This document shows, piece after piece, positions 49,128 to 63,219 of a stretch of 64,000 nucleotides of DNA. A program made the position numbers and the translations under genes. The notes beneath the pieces were generated by a model. It saw nothing but the letters and a program-made list of their open reading frames with translations, had not been told where the DNA came from and ran no database searches. This DNA comes from Azolla caroliniana (taxonomy: Eukaryota > Plantae > Polypodiophyta). The stretch is from the NCBI GenBank assembly GCA_043228905.1, contig JBHGNT010000010.1:9176001-9240000 (forward strand), written 5' to 3'. Positions within the stretch are counted from its first letter, which is position 1; each line of letters starts with the position of its first letter.

Positions 49128-51840
49128 CCCTTTATACTCGTCACCATTGTCGGTTCGGACAGTCTTCAACTTCCGACTCGACTCTCATTCAGTTCTTGCT
49201 TGGAACTCCTTGAACATTGACAATACTTGATCCTTCGTCTTTAGTACGAAGGCCCATGTCTTCCGACTATAGTCATCAATAAACATTAGGAAGTATTGTC
49301 CACCTCGATGCGATGGATCATCTACATAACACACATTCGTGTGTACTAGTTCCAATGCAGCTTCTCTTCTTCTCTTCTTTTTGGTGCTCTTGTGTGGAAT
49401 GCCGCTCGATTTTGTTTTCCACCTAAGCAGTCGACACACTTCTCCAAGTGTACTCCTTTCACTTATGGGAGAAGTTCTTGGTCAGCCAAGATGTGCATTC
49501 CTTTCTCCTTGATGTGGTCGAGCCTCTTATGCCATAACTCTCCACTCGAGTTAGCTGCCACATTCACGTCTGACTTGCACAATTAGGCATGCATCATATA
49601 TAATGTGCCCACTTTCTGTGCTCGTACCACTATGAGGTTTCCACGATAGAACTTCCACTTGTCATTTCGGAAGCTACCACTATAGCCTTCGTCGTCCAAT
49701 CTTCCAGTCGATATCAGATTCAACCTGATATCGGGGACATGTCGAACTTCCCTCAGCATCAGTCGACAACTAGTCGAATGTCGGCTATCTTGCTCTCTCC
49801 ATGATCTCCCATCTTTACATAGCCATGATCCCCAGCTATGTAAGTCGAAAAACACTCTCTCGATGGAGTTATGTGGAATGATGCAACCCAATCGATTACC
49901 CACATGCACTCTTCGCTTGCAAGATTTGTGCTTGCCTGCTCACAAATGAACAAAATCTCTTCTGCACTTGTAGCTATGACCGATGTGCCCTTTTCATCAG
50001 AAATCTTCCTGGGTTCGACATTATTGTCGACACTCTTGTCCTTCTTGAGGTGTCGACAGTCCTTCTAAAAGTGTCCAGGCTTTCCACAATAGAAGCATGT
50101 TAGCTTGCCTCTGGACTTGGATCTAGCATGAGACTTTTCTCTCCTTGGTGGACTCCTTTGCCGGTTCCTTCCTCTGTTGGTATGTTGAGTCAAGTTTGAC
50201 TCCAACTAGGTTAGGACACCCTTGTCCTTCCTTCTAGTCTCCTCGTTCAAGATGCTCGTCTTTACCGCTTGTAGGGACAAGTTCTCTTCTTGACACGAGG
50301 TGTTGAGAGGCACCACTAGGTTCTCCTAATTGTCTGACAAGGTACACAATAGCAGGATGGCATGCATTGCATCTTCAAGGGGAAACTTAGTTGCCGCATA
50401 GTTGGTTCACATACCCCATGAATGTGCTGATGTGCTCGACTATGCTTTCCCTGTCCCTGTATTTCAGCCTCACGATCTTCCTCATTAGGGATGTTTTGTT
50501 GAGGGCGTTCTTCCTCTCATATAAGCCTGACAACTTCTGCCACATCTCGTTGGCATTTGTGTCGTTCATCACATGCTGAAGGACACTTACATCAACGCAC
50601 TATCTAATGGTGGCCACCGCCTTTTTGTTAAGAAGTTTTCATTCAGACTCTAATACCCCCGTGGGTATTTCTGCTCAATCGATTGGCTCGTACAAGTCTT
50701 TGACTATGAGAAGATCCTCCATCTTTATCTTCCAGTTCGCATAGTTCTGAGAGTTTAGAACTATCATGCCTGGGAAACCACTCACACCTCCTTCCATCTT
50801 TAGCCTCTACTTTGATACCAGATTGTCAGGTTTGAAACCTTATGACTCGTAGTAAAGTTCGACTGGGAGATAAACAACAATACGAAACACAAAGTAAAAA
50901 CAACAAATGCAAGTTACACAGTGCTTTTATGTGGAAACCCTAAACGGGGAAAAAACCATGGGAACAGAGATTCCACTATACACAAGAGAATACAAGATGA
51001 GCTTAGAATACAACACTCTCCACACAGAGTGTATCAGCCACATAGGGCTCTTGGCATCAGACCTCACTTGGCTATGGCGCCGCTCTCTCTTTGTCGCTCA
51101 CACACACACTCTTCTCTGTCGCTAACACCAATAGAGGATAACACACAATTCTATTCTCTACACATCTATGTTTGCCCTAAGTGTATTTATCTTATACATT
51201 GTATGGGCTATTTACAAATGTAGCCACTGCTATTGTCATTCCTATTATAACAATAATAGTTATTCAACTGACTGATTGTCTAGTCGATTCGACTAGTCGA
51301 CTCCAATGTCGATTGTCCAATCGACCCAACTAGTCGGCCTTATCTTCAACCATCTAGTCGGCCCGACTAGTTGGTCATGTCTTCAACTTGAACTCACGTA
51401 GTTGACTCTCCTGTCTTCGATTGTCGGCACTCGGCCCGACCAGTCGGCTGCACCCATGGGAGGGACATATTCCTAACATGTTTAAGTATGGTTTTATTTG
51501 GATTTCACAATTGGAATTCGGTAGGCTCTTATACGTATTGTGGTACAAGGAAGATAGAATTGGTTCGGACATGAAGACGTGCAACTCCTTCAGATCAATA
51601 TGGCAAAGTGGGCATGCATAGTTTTGGGTTTTCTGATTTCATGATTTGTCCCATTGTGTATATTTTTTATCTTCGATGAATTACATTAGAAGGAATCATT
51701 TTGTATATTGGTTGCTTGACCATACCTTCATTTTGGATATTGGTTGTCCGCCATACATTTTATATTGACACCTTTTGTATATTGGATACCAGCCACATAT
51801 TGTATAATCGATTTTACATATGAATGGAAATCTTGTTTAA

Positions 51841-52028
51841 TCTTCACATATTCGGTGTCAAAAAGGTGTATATGATACTTAGTGTTTATGATCTTTACAT
51901 GTTTGGTAGTTGTAACATGATCTTCACATATCCGATGTCAAAAAGGTGTACATGACACGTAGTGTTTATGATCTTTACATGTTTGGTAGTTGTAACATGA
52001 TCTTCACATATTCGGTGTCAAAAAGGTG
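51841..52028. repeat. 80-bp tandem repeat (about 2.3 copies) upstream of the NPF gene
   Basis: TCTTCACATA(T/C)..TGTCAAAAAGGTG starts at 51841, 51921 and 52001. Confidence 0.85.
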
Positions 52029-52358
52029 CAAGAATTGTGGCAACATTTTGCCATCAATGCCCACATGGGCCATAATCTTGGCTTTAGTTTTTCATCTTTA
52101 GGTTTAGGAACTTTGGTTTCGTGCATTTTGTGATGGGAAAATTCTTAAGTTTTAAGTTGATTTATTATTTGAAGCGTTAAGTTTTAAGTTTGTGTAAATT
52201 TTGAAGGTATGGGTTTCATTCAATGCATGCGCAAAGATCGGACAGTGCAGATCTCACGCGCCCTCAGCTGAGTGACCTGCACCGTCGTCCATGGCCGCGA
52301 TTCCCTCGCTCGGTCTATTTATGATTTAGGTGCAAATAGACACGAGCACTCAGATGGG

Positions 52359-52390
<32 letters not shown>

Positions 52391-52543
52391 TCCATTCCAT
52401 TTTCTTATCGCTCATCAAACCATAACAAAACAGATCAAACACACACACACACACTCTACATACTCTGCCTCCCTCCCTCCCTCCCTTCCCTTACCTCCTC
52501 CTCCTTCCCCTGTTCCACGCTCAATCGCTGCAGACCTGCCCCC

Positions 52544-55500
52544 ATGGCCGCCCATCCTCTTCTCTCCGCAGAGGCAACAGACTCGACAGACGCCCTCTAT
52601 CACATCTCCGTACATCCCCTGCTTCCCTATCATCTCTCCTCAATTCACTTCGCACATTAAAAGTCCTGCATCCATTGCAATAGTAAAAACATACCCTGTT
52701 TGACTCTGATCTGTGCTGTGGTTTTCTGTGGACACATTCCAGGCTTCCCTTCTGGATGGATATAAAGAGAATAAAGAGCCCTCTATCTATTCGGAAGACG
52801 GTTCTGTGGATATACACGGAAAGCCTGCCATCAAATCAGCAACGGGTGGCTGGAACGCATGCCGTTTTATTCTAGGTAGGTCTCTGAACCATGAGTTCTC
52901 ACAAGAAAATGTTATATCTCTTTTCTCACGGATAAGAAATTGTGCACATTTAAAAAATTTAACACCGTGACGAAGAAATTGATGGGAGGGGAAAAAATGC
53001 AACAGGATATAGTTGTATCAAGAAGAAAAGAGCGAATACAATGGATAGCATGACGGAATTCAGAGATTTTAAGTAACTCATGAGATGCAGTTTGTACCCA
53101 TCAAAAAGTCATGGCTGATTGAACTGATATTGTGAGAAAAGGGCTTCTTATCTTTGATGTAAGCCAAAGTTCATTACTAGTATAAACACTGTTATCTAAT
53201 TCCACAATCCAACATGTGATCTACTGTCACTATGGGTTGCCACATCTTGTTGTAGGATAGAATGTAGTGGGACCTTATAATTGCAAGAAAGAAGACTGAA
53301 GCCTTTGAAGTTACATACCATTTAATAGTTTATAATAAACTAAAATTCAGATCAAGCTAGCTCCATCATTTTTTATGTTTTAGATGAAGGGTTATTTTGG
53401 GACATTTGGGTTCATTTGGGTTTACTTGCTCACTCATAGCTTGTTTGTATGTGAGGTGATATCTAAAGATAAATGAAAATTATGTTGAATGAAAAATTTA
53501 ATAGATGGATCCCTGAATCAACGTCATGAAGACCGATTCCAGTTTTGATTGGCATATTGAATGGCTATTGAAAGAGATGTGATGGCATGGCCGGTTGCTC
53601 AAAAACACCAAGGGAGTGCGCAGCTGTGTGAGGAGAGAGAAAGTGGAGAAAACTGTACAGAAAAATGGAGAGGAAGCCCTAGCCACCAAAAGTCCCTTAT
53701 CTCGTTATGAGAGACGTGGGATCAATTCTTATTGGTAAGTGACTTTTAGGTCATTTGGGCATGTTCACCCACGGCCAATGACCAAAAGTTATAAAAATAA
53801 TGTAAATGACCAAATTGGGGCCAAAACATATGGTAAAAATATGTCTCAAAAGCTCGCAAAGAGAGTTTTCACATGGAAGGGTCAAAATATATACCAAAAA
53901 GGAGAGTCCTTGGGGCCTTTATCCTAAACAACTTCCCACTTAAAGGACCAAGGAGGCTTCTTTAAGCTAAGCAACTCCCACCATCTATATACATAGCTGA
54001 TGTTATGCTTTGGGTAGACACTTTGTGAGAGCATCTGAAGAATTTTGTGAAGTATTGACCTTGGTCAACGTGATTAGGCCATCCTCTAGCACCTCTTTGA
54101 TGAAGTGGTATCTCACATCAATATGCTTTGTGCGAGCATGAAACATTGCATTCTTTGCCAAACATATGGCATCTGGCTATCACATCCACGAATAGGTGCT
54201 TTTTCAAGCATCCCAAACACACTGGACAAGCGGGCTAACCAAATGGCTTCTTTGAAGGCCTATGTGGTTGAAATATATTCAGCCTTTGTAGTAGATAATG
54301 CAACTGTCCTTTGAAGTTTAAAGCATCATGAAATAGCTCCACTAACAAGGGTTTATACATAACCACTTGTGGAGTTGCATGTATCCACATCTCCTGCCAT
54401 GTCTGAATCACAAAATCCTTTTAACTCTAATGGACCTTTTCCATAACATAAGCATTTACCTTTGGTCCCTTTCAAATATCTCAAGATAGATTTGATTGCC
54501 TCCCAATGAGCTCTGTCAAGATTAGCCATGAACCTATTAACAATTTCAACTGCATGAGCAATGTCTGACCAACTGGCAACCATAGCATACATAAGTCAAC
54601 CACAAACCGATGCATATGGAATATTCTTCATGTAATTGGTTGCATCATCATCTTTTGGACAATCACCCTTGGGAAGCTTAACATGTGGCTGCAATGGCAC
54701 TCCAAGACGCTTAGCATCAGCCACATTAAATCTGTCCAACACTTCTTCAATGTACGTTTCTTGGGATAAATGCAAAGTATGTTATTGCCCATCCCTTTTT
54801 ATTCTTCTAGCTATTTCATGTACAACTCTTTGTCTAAATTTACTACGCAAAAAGATTGGTTTAACATCCATTTTGAATAATACCAAATCCAAGATAGCTG
54901 TGAGAGCAAACAAAACACACAATGTGGTCATCTTAACCTCTAGAGGATTTTTTTTTTCGAAATAAATGCCCTCTTTTGGCATATCCCTTAACAACCAACC
55001 TTGCCATACTACTTGGGTTTGCCATCATTTTTTAGCAGATTTGCCACAATAAATACAACATCTCAGCTGCATATTACCTTCTTGAGTTGAGGTAGCCAAA
55101 TCTTGTAGCCCATTTCACCTTCATCTCCATAACCCATATAGATTCCTTTCATGGAATTGGCATCTAACTTGCGTCTCAACTCAGGCCTTATATGCACAAA
55201 AGCATCACAAACAAAGATGCGTAGATGGTCATATGTAGATGGTTTGCCAGACCAAACCTCTTCAGGAATGCCACCTTTTAAAGACACTCCCAAGATTCAT
55301 GACACTCCCAACATCATGGATCAAATAACGCAATTTGTTACTCTCCAAAGGAACTAGTTTCTTTGGGAAGCAAGTCAACTGAAGTTGAGTTTGTGCATCG
55401 TCTAATGATAAAGTTGCCTGAGTCATTCTCAGCATTTTGTGACACAATTTCTCTTCTTCCCAACACACATGATATGAATACATTTCTTGGTATGCTACAA

Positions 55501-58500
55501 GATAGGGCAACAAGGAAGAAAAGTACTCAAACTTCCAATGAGACGCTTCTACATGCGACCAATAAAGGCAAGTGGAAGCAAAATGGTAATTCCTACAACA
55601 AATCCAATCCAAGACTACCAAACAACCCAGCCTACAAGGAGCTCACTTGTCATTATTGTGGCTACAAAGGTCACATTCAGCCGGATTGTCGGAAAAAGAA
55701 AAGGGAAAATGCTAAGAACTCTTCTTCTAACGAATTTCAACCTACACCGAAATCCAACTCGGCCCATTCAGCCCACTCAACCAAAGAAACAGTTTTCCTT
55801 GGCATTGAGGAACATACTTCACATTTGGCTGGACCAACTACCTCAACCATTGATGGGTGGTTAGTAGATAGTGGTGCTACTTCACACATGACCTATGACA
55901 AATCCATTTTGCATGATGTGAAACCTAGCTCCTCCCAAATCTCCATAGAAGATGCCTCAAGCATTGAGGCTTCATGTGTGGGTAATTTGTTTCTTAACAA
56001 TTCTTCAAATGAAGAACCTGTCATTCTTCAAGATGTGTTACATGTGCCTCGCATCTCTGCCAACCTACTTTCAGTCTACCAAATCACTAAGCAAGGTTAT
56101 GGACTCTACTTTGATAGCTCAGTTTTGGAAGTCATTGACACCAACAACCTACAAATTGTAGCTAGTGGCACACAAGAAGGGGGTTTATACCGCCTGAACA
56201 GTTCCCATAGCCCCTTGGAAAAGTCCAAATCTCATCATCTTCATCTTCTTCATCTTCTTCAAGGCTCTCATGCGTTGGTGGCACAAGAAGATCCCACGTT
56301 GTGGCATGCTAGGTTTGGTCATCTCAACTATGATTCTCTTCAAAAGCTCTCCTCTTCACAACTAGTTGAGGGTCTTCCTATTTTCAAAACTCCCAATACC
56401 CCATGTGTTGCTTGTCTTTATGGCAAGCAACATCGAGAGCCTTTCCCTCATGAAACCACTCACCGTGCAACATCTATCTTGGAGTTAGTGCACATGGATC
56501 TTTGTGGTCCCATGAAAACCACTACTCTTGGTGGTGCACGCTACTTCATGCTCATCATTGATGATTTCTCCCGCAAGGTTTGGGTTTATTTTCTTGTAGA
56601 AAAATCGTAAGCCTTCACAAAATTTCAAGAATGGGTAGTTCTCGTGGAGAACGAGACATCGAAGAAAGTTCGAAAGATCAGGTCGGACAATGGTGGAGAG
56701 TTTATCTCCCAAGCTTTCCACCATTTTTGCTCTCAACGAGGCATTGCTTGCCAATTTTCTACACCCAATACTCCTCAACAAAATGGAGTCGTGGAAAGGA
56801 AGAACCAGACAGTCCAAGAGATGGCTCGTATGATGCTATCTCAATTTGATCTTCCTCTCTCGTTTTGGGGTGAAACTGTCAACACAACAGTCTACATCAT
56901 CAACTGTTGCCCAACAAAAGCAGTTGCGGGAATGATGCCTGCAGAAGCATTTACAGGTGTAAAGCCCTCAGTATCTCATTTTAAAGTCTTTGGTTGTGAT
57001 GCTTATGTTCACATTTCAGATCATAAAAGGACAAAATTTGAGTCCAAAACCAAGAAATGCAAATTTCATGGTTACAACACACAATCTAAAGCGTACAGGT
57101 TATGAGATTTAGAGTCAAAGTCCCTAGTCATCTCTAGGGATGTTCATTTTGTGGAGTCTCGGCTGGATGATTCTAGGATTTCACATGAGTTCATGGTTGA
57201 AATCCCAGCTCCTCCGAAATCTCCTATTTTAGACGAAGATGTCTCATCTTCAAGCCCCCCATCTCCTCCTACTCAATCTCTAACTTTGTGGAGTCTCGGT
57301 CGGATGATTCTAGGATTTCACATGAGTTCATGGTTGAAATCCCAGCTCCTCCGAAATCTCCTATTTTAGACGAAGATGTCTCATCTTCAAGCCCCCCATC
57401 TCCTCCTACTCAATCTCTAACTTTGTGGAGTCTCGGCCGGATGATTCTAGGATTTCACATGAGTTCATGGTTGAAATCCCAGCTCCTCCGAAATCTCCTA
57501 TTTTAGACGAAGATGTCTCATCTTCAAGCCCCCCATCTCCTCCTACTCAATCTCTAACTTTGTGGAGTCTCGGCCGGATGATTCTAGGATTTCACATGAG
57601 TTCATGGTTGAAATCCCAGCTCCTCCGAAATCTCCTATTTTAGACAAAGATGTCTCATCTTCAAGCCCCCCATCTCCTCCTACTCAATCTCTAACTTCGC
57701 CAACAAATCAATCCTCTCCCTCAACTCCACTTGTTTCCCCTCCCTCTACAAACCAGCTTCCACCACTTCCCAAGTGGCTCCAAGCCACCATTCGTGATTC
57801 TCATTTGTCCAATACTGAACTTCATGAGTATACATCTGGTTCTCGAACACGTAAGTCACAACGGCCTCCTCACTCATGCAACTTTGCCTTACTGTGCACT
57901 GTTGGGCAATCACAAGAACCCACAACAGCAAAAGAGGCCTTTGTTCTTCCAAAGTGGAAAACAACATTGGAAGTTGAACTTGATTCCATTGAGCGGAATC
58001 ATACATGGGAGCTAGTTCCACGGCCTCAACATCGACAAGTCATTGGACTGAAATGGATTTTCAAGACCAAGTACCATGTTGATGGTACTTTGGATAAGCA
58101 CAAGGCACGTTTAGTTGCAAAAGGCTACTCACAAGTCAAAGGAGTGGATTGCAAGGAAACTGTTGCTCCAACAGCAAGGTACACCTCTATTCAATGTGCT
58201 CTTGCACTTCCTGCTCACAACAAATGGCCCATCTTTCAAATGAATTTCAAGTCAGCCTGCCTTAATTGTGACTTGAAAGAGGAGGTTGATGTTGAACAGC
58301 CTCTAGGTTTTGAGATTTCAGAGCAGAAAAACATGGTCTACAGGTTCCACAAAGCCTTGTATGGCTTAAAGCAAGTTCCCAAAGCTTGGCATGACAAAAT
58401 TGACACCTTCTTTCTCTCTCTTGGGTTTTAGAACTGTTATGATGACAACAATCTCTATGTTTTTTTTTCCCGCTTCCAAGGCATGCCATTAATCAGCCCC

Positions 58501-61500
58501 TCGGTTGACTCAATGTTTGATGGCCGTTCTAGAGCTGAGAGGAAGTGTTGGAGGGTGGCAGCTCCAGACCTGCACTCTCTTTCATCTTTATTATCTCTGT
58601 ACTACATTCTCTCTCTTCCCAGATTCTTCTCTCTCTAGAATCTGCAATGCTTTAAATGCCTTTTGTCTCTTCCACTTTTTCCAAGATATTCTCTTTTTAT
58701 TCCTAGTTTATTGTACTTGTTTAGTAGTACAAGAGTCTCTTAACTACCAAACAACCATTCCCAATTTTGTATAAATAGGCTTATACCAGCTTCTTTTGTA
58801 ATAAGATTATTTTCTATTTTGCTACTTAAAAACAAGCTCTATTCCTTGGCTGTGTCTCTACTCTTTGCAACCATTTTTTCTACTGCTGTCTAACAGCCTT
58901 CTCACAGCTTGGCTGTGTCTATTTTGTTCTAACTCTTCTGCTGCTGCTATTAACAGCTTTTCTCACATTTACATCTCCTCTTATCACCATGGGAACTAAT
59001 TTCAAGCCTTCCTGCTATTTTCAAAATCGAATATATGGTGAATTGTTTTATTTGCATTACCATTTCTATTTCCCTTTTATGCGTGCAGTGGGAAACATGT
59101 ATCATCATTCACAAGCATGAATGATTTCATCATGATGGATTGATCTAAAATCTGACATTACTCTTCTTGCTTTTGTATTCAAGGTCACTCTAGTGGTGCA
59201 TATTCTTCCATATCCACCAGGTCATATGACTAATTTTCCCTACAATGTTTTCAGTGGGGATGAGTATTAATGCAATTGAAAGCCACAAGCATGAGAAAGC
59301 CCAAGGCTAACATAATGAACACACTAACGTACTAACGTAGTGAACATTGTTTTCTACAGTTGTATGCGAGGGATTTTTCTGGCTAGCTGTAGTGAACACA
59401 CTAACGTACTAATTTCTGAGAGCAGGGATCCCGTGATGCCATATAACGATGTCGTAATCATGGTAGGCCTAGTTATATTTATCAATTTTAGGGTCAAGAG
59501 GCAAGTGATTCGGCAGAGTAACATGGACAGTGAGCACAAGCCCAAGCAAGCTTTAGGAGGGAGTTTAGGACAGTAGACCATTTATTGATGCTACGAACTC
59601 TTGTCAAGGAGAGTAGAGACCAAGGAAAGAGGATATTTCGCTGTTCTTGTAGGCTTTCCAAAAGCCTTTCACTCAGTGCCATGAGTGAAATTGATGCTAT
59701 CATTGCAAACTATGGTGGGTTGATGCACTCACAGTTCAGCCTTTGGAAAGATTCAGGACACCAGAGGAGTATCAGACAAAGTTTATATCTCTCCTCTTTT
59801 TTGTCTCCAAGTCTTTTCCATCTGTTTCTCCTGTCTAAATTTTCTCGTGTTTTTACTCATTCTAGGTAATAACTTCTAACATATAACTTCAAAGTCATTT
59901 GTACCTCGTTTTGTTCTGTTTAATTACACAGTAAATTACAGAACCACAACATGCAGGGATCATATATCTGATTTTGCACCTTTGAGTTGGTGAAACGAGG
60001 TCTTTCATTAGTTTCATAAATATTGCATCAAGGACTATATGATTGAGTTAACAAAATTACAGAAGGACCTTGAGTGAGTTAACAAAATGGCTGGTGGTGC
60101 TATTTCATGGTTCTCTAGACTTAGTACAGTTTCACTATATGCTAAAGAGCCTGAATATACTTCAGCTACTGAGGCTTGCAAGGAAGCCATATGATACACG
60201 TGCCGATGCGTTGAGTATAGTATACCAAAAAGGACATTTGTCGTTGGTTGTGATCAAAGTGCCATTATTTGTCATGTGCACACAAATCGTATTAATGTGT
60301 TACCAATTCATCAGAGAAACTTGACGATGGCCTGGTCTCATTGATCAAAGTCAAGACATCACGGAATCTTCTAGATGCACTTACTAAGTGACTCTCAAAG
60401 GCATGATATCAGCATTATACTATGGTGGGAGTTCCATAGTTTCATTGTGTGTCTTTGGCCCTTTAACTAGTAGGTTGTTGAGGGTTAGAATCCCCAAAGA
60501 CTCTTTCCATTTCACTTTGACCTTTCTGCCTAGTAGCTCCTCATGGAACTTTCTGGGGATATCTATATTTATAGACATTATTAAAATCTTATTCCTGATA
60601 TGGAACAACTCGGTATGTAAGCCAACTTATAAAGTTAAATGGAGAATATGCAAGGATATTTTGGGGTTAGAATATAGTAGATGGACCAGGGTAATTCACA
60701 AACGTGAGAATGCTTTAACTAATCTATCCAGACTTTGTATGGTCGGGAGGACTGTCCAATCAAATACTAGATACAGTTCATGTCTTTTGTAAAACCTTAA
60801 ACTTTTAATGTCTCCCTCAAAAATTCAAAGGTTTTGATATGTAAGAAGTTCATGAAATTAAGCCTTTGTTTTGAATCATCCCAGCTTTATATAATTTTAT
60901 AATGCACTCATTTTTTTTGTCTTTTTGTTTAGCAAATGAATGTTGTGAAAGGCTTGCGTACTATGGCATAAGCATGAACCTCGTTACCTACATGACAACT
61001 ATACTAAATCTGGGAAATGCGGCTGCTGCAAGTAGCGTAAACAGTTGGGGGGGCACTTGCTATATCACTCCATTCATTGGGGCATTTCTAGCTGATACAT
61101 ATTGGGGGCGATATTGGACGATTGCAGGATTTTCATTTATATACTTTGTGGTAAGCTGCATAACTATGCATATGAATGTCTTAAGCCATCATCTAAAATG
61201 AACAATATTAAGTGATGTTTCTGTATTGCAGGGTATGGTACTTCTGACATTATCAGCTTCCATTCCAGCACTAAAACCAACAAATGAGGCAACTGCAACT
61301 CAACTATCAGTGTTTTACATTGCACTTTATCTCATAGCATTGGGAACTGGAGGTATAAAACCCTGTGTATCTTCATTTGGAGCTGATCAGTTCGACAATA
61401 ATGATGAGACTGAACACAAGAAGATGAGCTCATTTTTCAATTGGTTCTACTTCTCCATTAATATTGGCGCACTAATCTCAAGCACTGTTCTTGTATATAT

Positions 61501-63219
61501 CCAAGAAAATTACAGCTGGGCATGGGGTTTTGGAATTCCTGCCATTGCAATGGGAATAGCTGTTTGTAGTTTTATGTTTGGGTCACCTCTGTATAGGTAT
61601 CAGAAGACAAGTGGAAGTCCACTGACGCGGATGCTTCAAGTCTTTGTTGCAGCATTTAGAAAACGGAAAGAAAAGGTGGTTTCAAGTGAGTTGTATGAAA
61701 CTGAGGTATCATCTGTGACAGGAAGTCAAAAGCTGGAGCACACAAATGTGCTAACGTAAGTGGCAGCATGTTCAACTTAATGAATATTAAGTGAGCTTCA
61801 GACTTTGACAAAATGTTTGATTTCTCCGAAAGAATATTATATAATTAACAAATTCATTGGACTAGTAAAATGTGTGCATGAAAAGCACAGCACTACCTGT
61901 GCACCGACTTAGGACAGATGTATTGAGACTTCCGTTTGGGTAGGGGGTGTAAGATGCTTCAGGATTTGCTTTAGTCTTGACTAAAAAGCTAATCCTTTTC
62001 AGGATTTTCTATGGTCTTCAATTTGTTTTACCATGGTGATCTGTTTGTTTCTTCCCTTTTCTGGGTTCAGGTGTGGATGTCTGCTACTGGATGCATTCTT
62101 AAGGAATTATCCCATATATCTATGATAACTTTGCTTACGAGATAAGGAGTTTGCTATGGGAGCATTGCAAATCTAATAGAGAGATAGAGAGTGAGGAGGT
62201 GGTGGGAATGTGCCTTAGTATGTGTCCAAGCACAAACATCTATTGTGGATGCTATTGTAAGAAAAAAGAAGAGGGAAACAAACCAGCAAATGTTGAGGAA
62301 GCACATGCATGTTGATTCTTTGTGAAAAGTTTTAAAAGGAAAACATTGAATCTGGAAGAGGGAATGAAGGAATAAATCTGTTTTCTTTGTTTACTACAGT
62401 TGTCTCGACAAGGCTGCAATGGTGAGCGAGGATGAAATCCCCAGCCTGACAAGCAAATGGCGATTATGTACCGTGTCACAAGTAGAGGAGCTAAAGTTGA
62501 TTCTGGGTCTGCTGCCCATTTGGGCCACAACCATTATTTTCTCAGCAGTCTATGCACAGATGTCAACTCTGTTTGTGGAGCAAGGAGCCACAATGGACAG
62601 ATCTGTTGGTAGTATGTTCGAAATTCCAGCAGCATCATTAACGATGTTTGATACATTGAGTGTGATAATATGGGTTCCAATATATGATGTTTTACTCATA
62701 CCTATCGCTAGGATCTTCACGGGCCATCAGCAGGGGTTTTCGCAGATACAGAGGATGGGTATCGGATTGGTTATATCAATGTTCTCCATGGTGGCAGCCG
62801 CCCTTGTTGAAATGAAGCGTTTGGAGTTAGCCCAAGAGTATGGCCTCCTTGATGACACCAGTATCCCCGTTCCTATATCTATATTTTGGCAAATCCCACA
62901 GTATGTCTTAGTGGGGGCTTCTGAGGTGTTTACTTTCATAGGGCAGCTGGAGTTCTTTTATGACCAGTCACCCGATGCAACAAGGAGCTTGTGTGCTGCC
63001 CTGTACCTTCTTTCCACAGCACTTGGTAATTATCTCAGCTCCTTCATTCTCTTTATTGTTACAAGTGTGACGGGTGATCCTGGATGGATCCCTGATAATC
63101 TCAATATTGGCCATATAGACTACATTTTCTGGTTGTTGGCTGGGCTGAGCATAGCAAATTTCTTTGTTTTCTTGCTTTTCGCGCGGTCTTACACTTACAA
63201 GAAAGTTAGCAAGATATAA
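52544..63219 (+). CDS. NPF8: NRT1/PTR family transporter (NPF8/PTR-like peptide transporter), 5 exons, 586 aa
   Basis: Exons 52544-52609, 52743-52875, 60933-61150, 61232-61755 and 62400-63219 sum to 1761 nt, in frame with GT-AG junctions. Motifs [32 protein letters not shown] (ExxER), [45 protein letters not shown]. Exon 1 is less certain. Confidence 0.88.
52743..52875 (+). CDS. NPF exon 2
   Basis: ttccag|GCT..CTAG|gtagg; [44 protein letters not shown]. Confidence 0.88.
53930..55285 (-). mobile_element. Old Copia remnant (integrase C-terminus, RT, RNase H) in NPF intron 2
   Basis: [14 protein letters not shown]; [25 protein letters not shown]. Confidence 0.8.
55286..58970 (+). mobile_element. 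5'-truncated Copia (gag knuckle, protease, integrase, partial RT, probable 3' LTR) in NPF intron 2
   Basis: 415-aa ORF 55363-56610 ([41 protein letters not shown]), then RSDNGGEF and [12 protein letters not shown]-like sequence after about 58505 (boundary uncertain). Confidence 0.85.
57150..57697 (+). repeat. 137-bp tandem repeat, 4 near-identical copies
   Basis: GTGGAGTCTCGG at 57151, 57288, 57425 and 57562. Confidence 0.95.
59480..59680 (+). mobile_element. Old LINE RT remnant
   Basis: [23 protein letters not shown] resembles TIDHLITLRVLMEESR..DFKKAF of the 15-19 kb LINE. Confidence 0.55.
60085..60435 (+). mobile_element. Very old Copia RNase H remnant
   Basis: [20 protein letters not shown], followed by purine-rich GGTGGGGAG. 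Confidence 0.5.
60933..61150 (+). CDS. NPF exon 3
   Basis: tttag|CAAAT..GTG|gtaag; [23 protein letters not shown]. Confidence 0.92.
61232..61755 (+). CDS. NPF exon 4
   Basis: tgcag|GGT..CTAAC|gtaag; PTR2 signature region. Confidence 0.92.
62400..63219 (+). CDS. NPF exon 5
   Basis: tacag|T TGT CTC GAC AAG GCT GCA (CLDKAA) through to TAA. Confidence 0.92.

Larger units (their letters stand above)
41241..51478 (-). mobile_element. Decayed Copia element, 3' end lost; host of the nested Copia
   Basis: 5' LTR 50824-51478, PBS TGGTATCAAAGT at 50809-50820, gag ATG at 50797 (LNSQNYANWKIKMED). Integrase split at 43185/49132, then RT and RNase H FTDSDMSGD, cut at about 41241. Confidence 0.9.

Noticed and set aside
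57151-57643. Three repeated 72-aa ORFs as a small gene family
   Set aside because: They are a by-product of the 137-bp tandem repeat within Copia pol.
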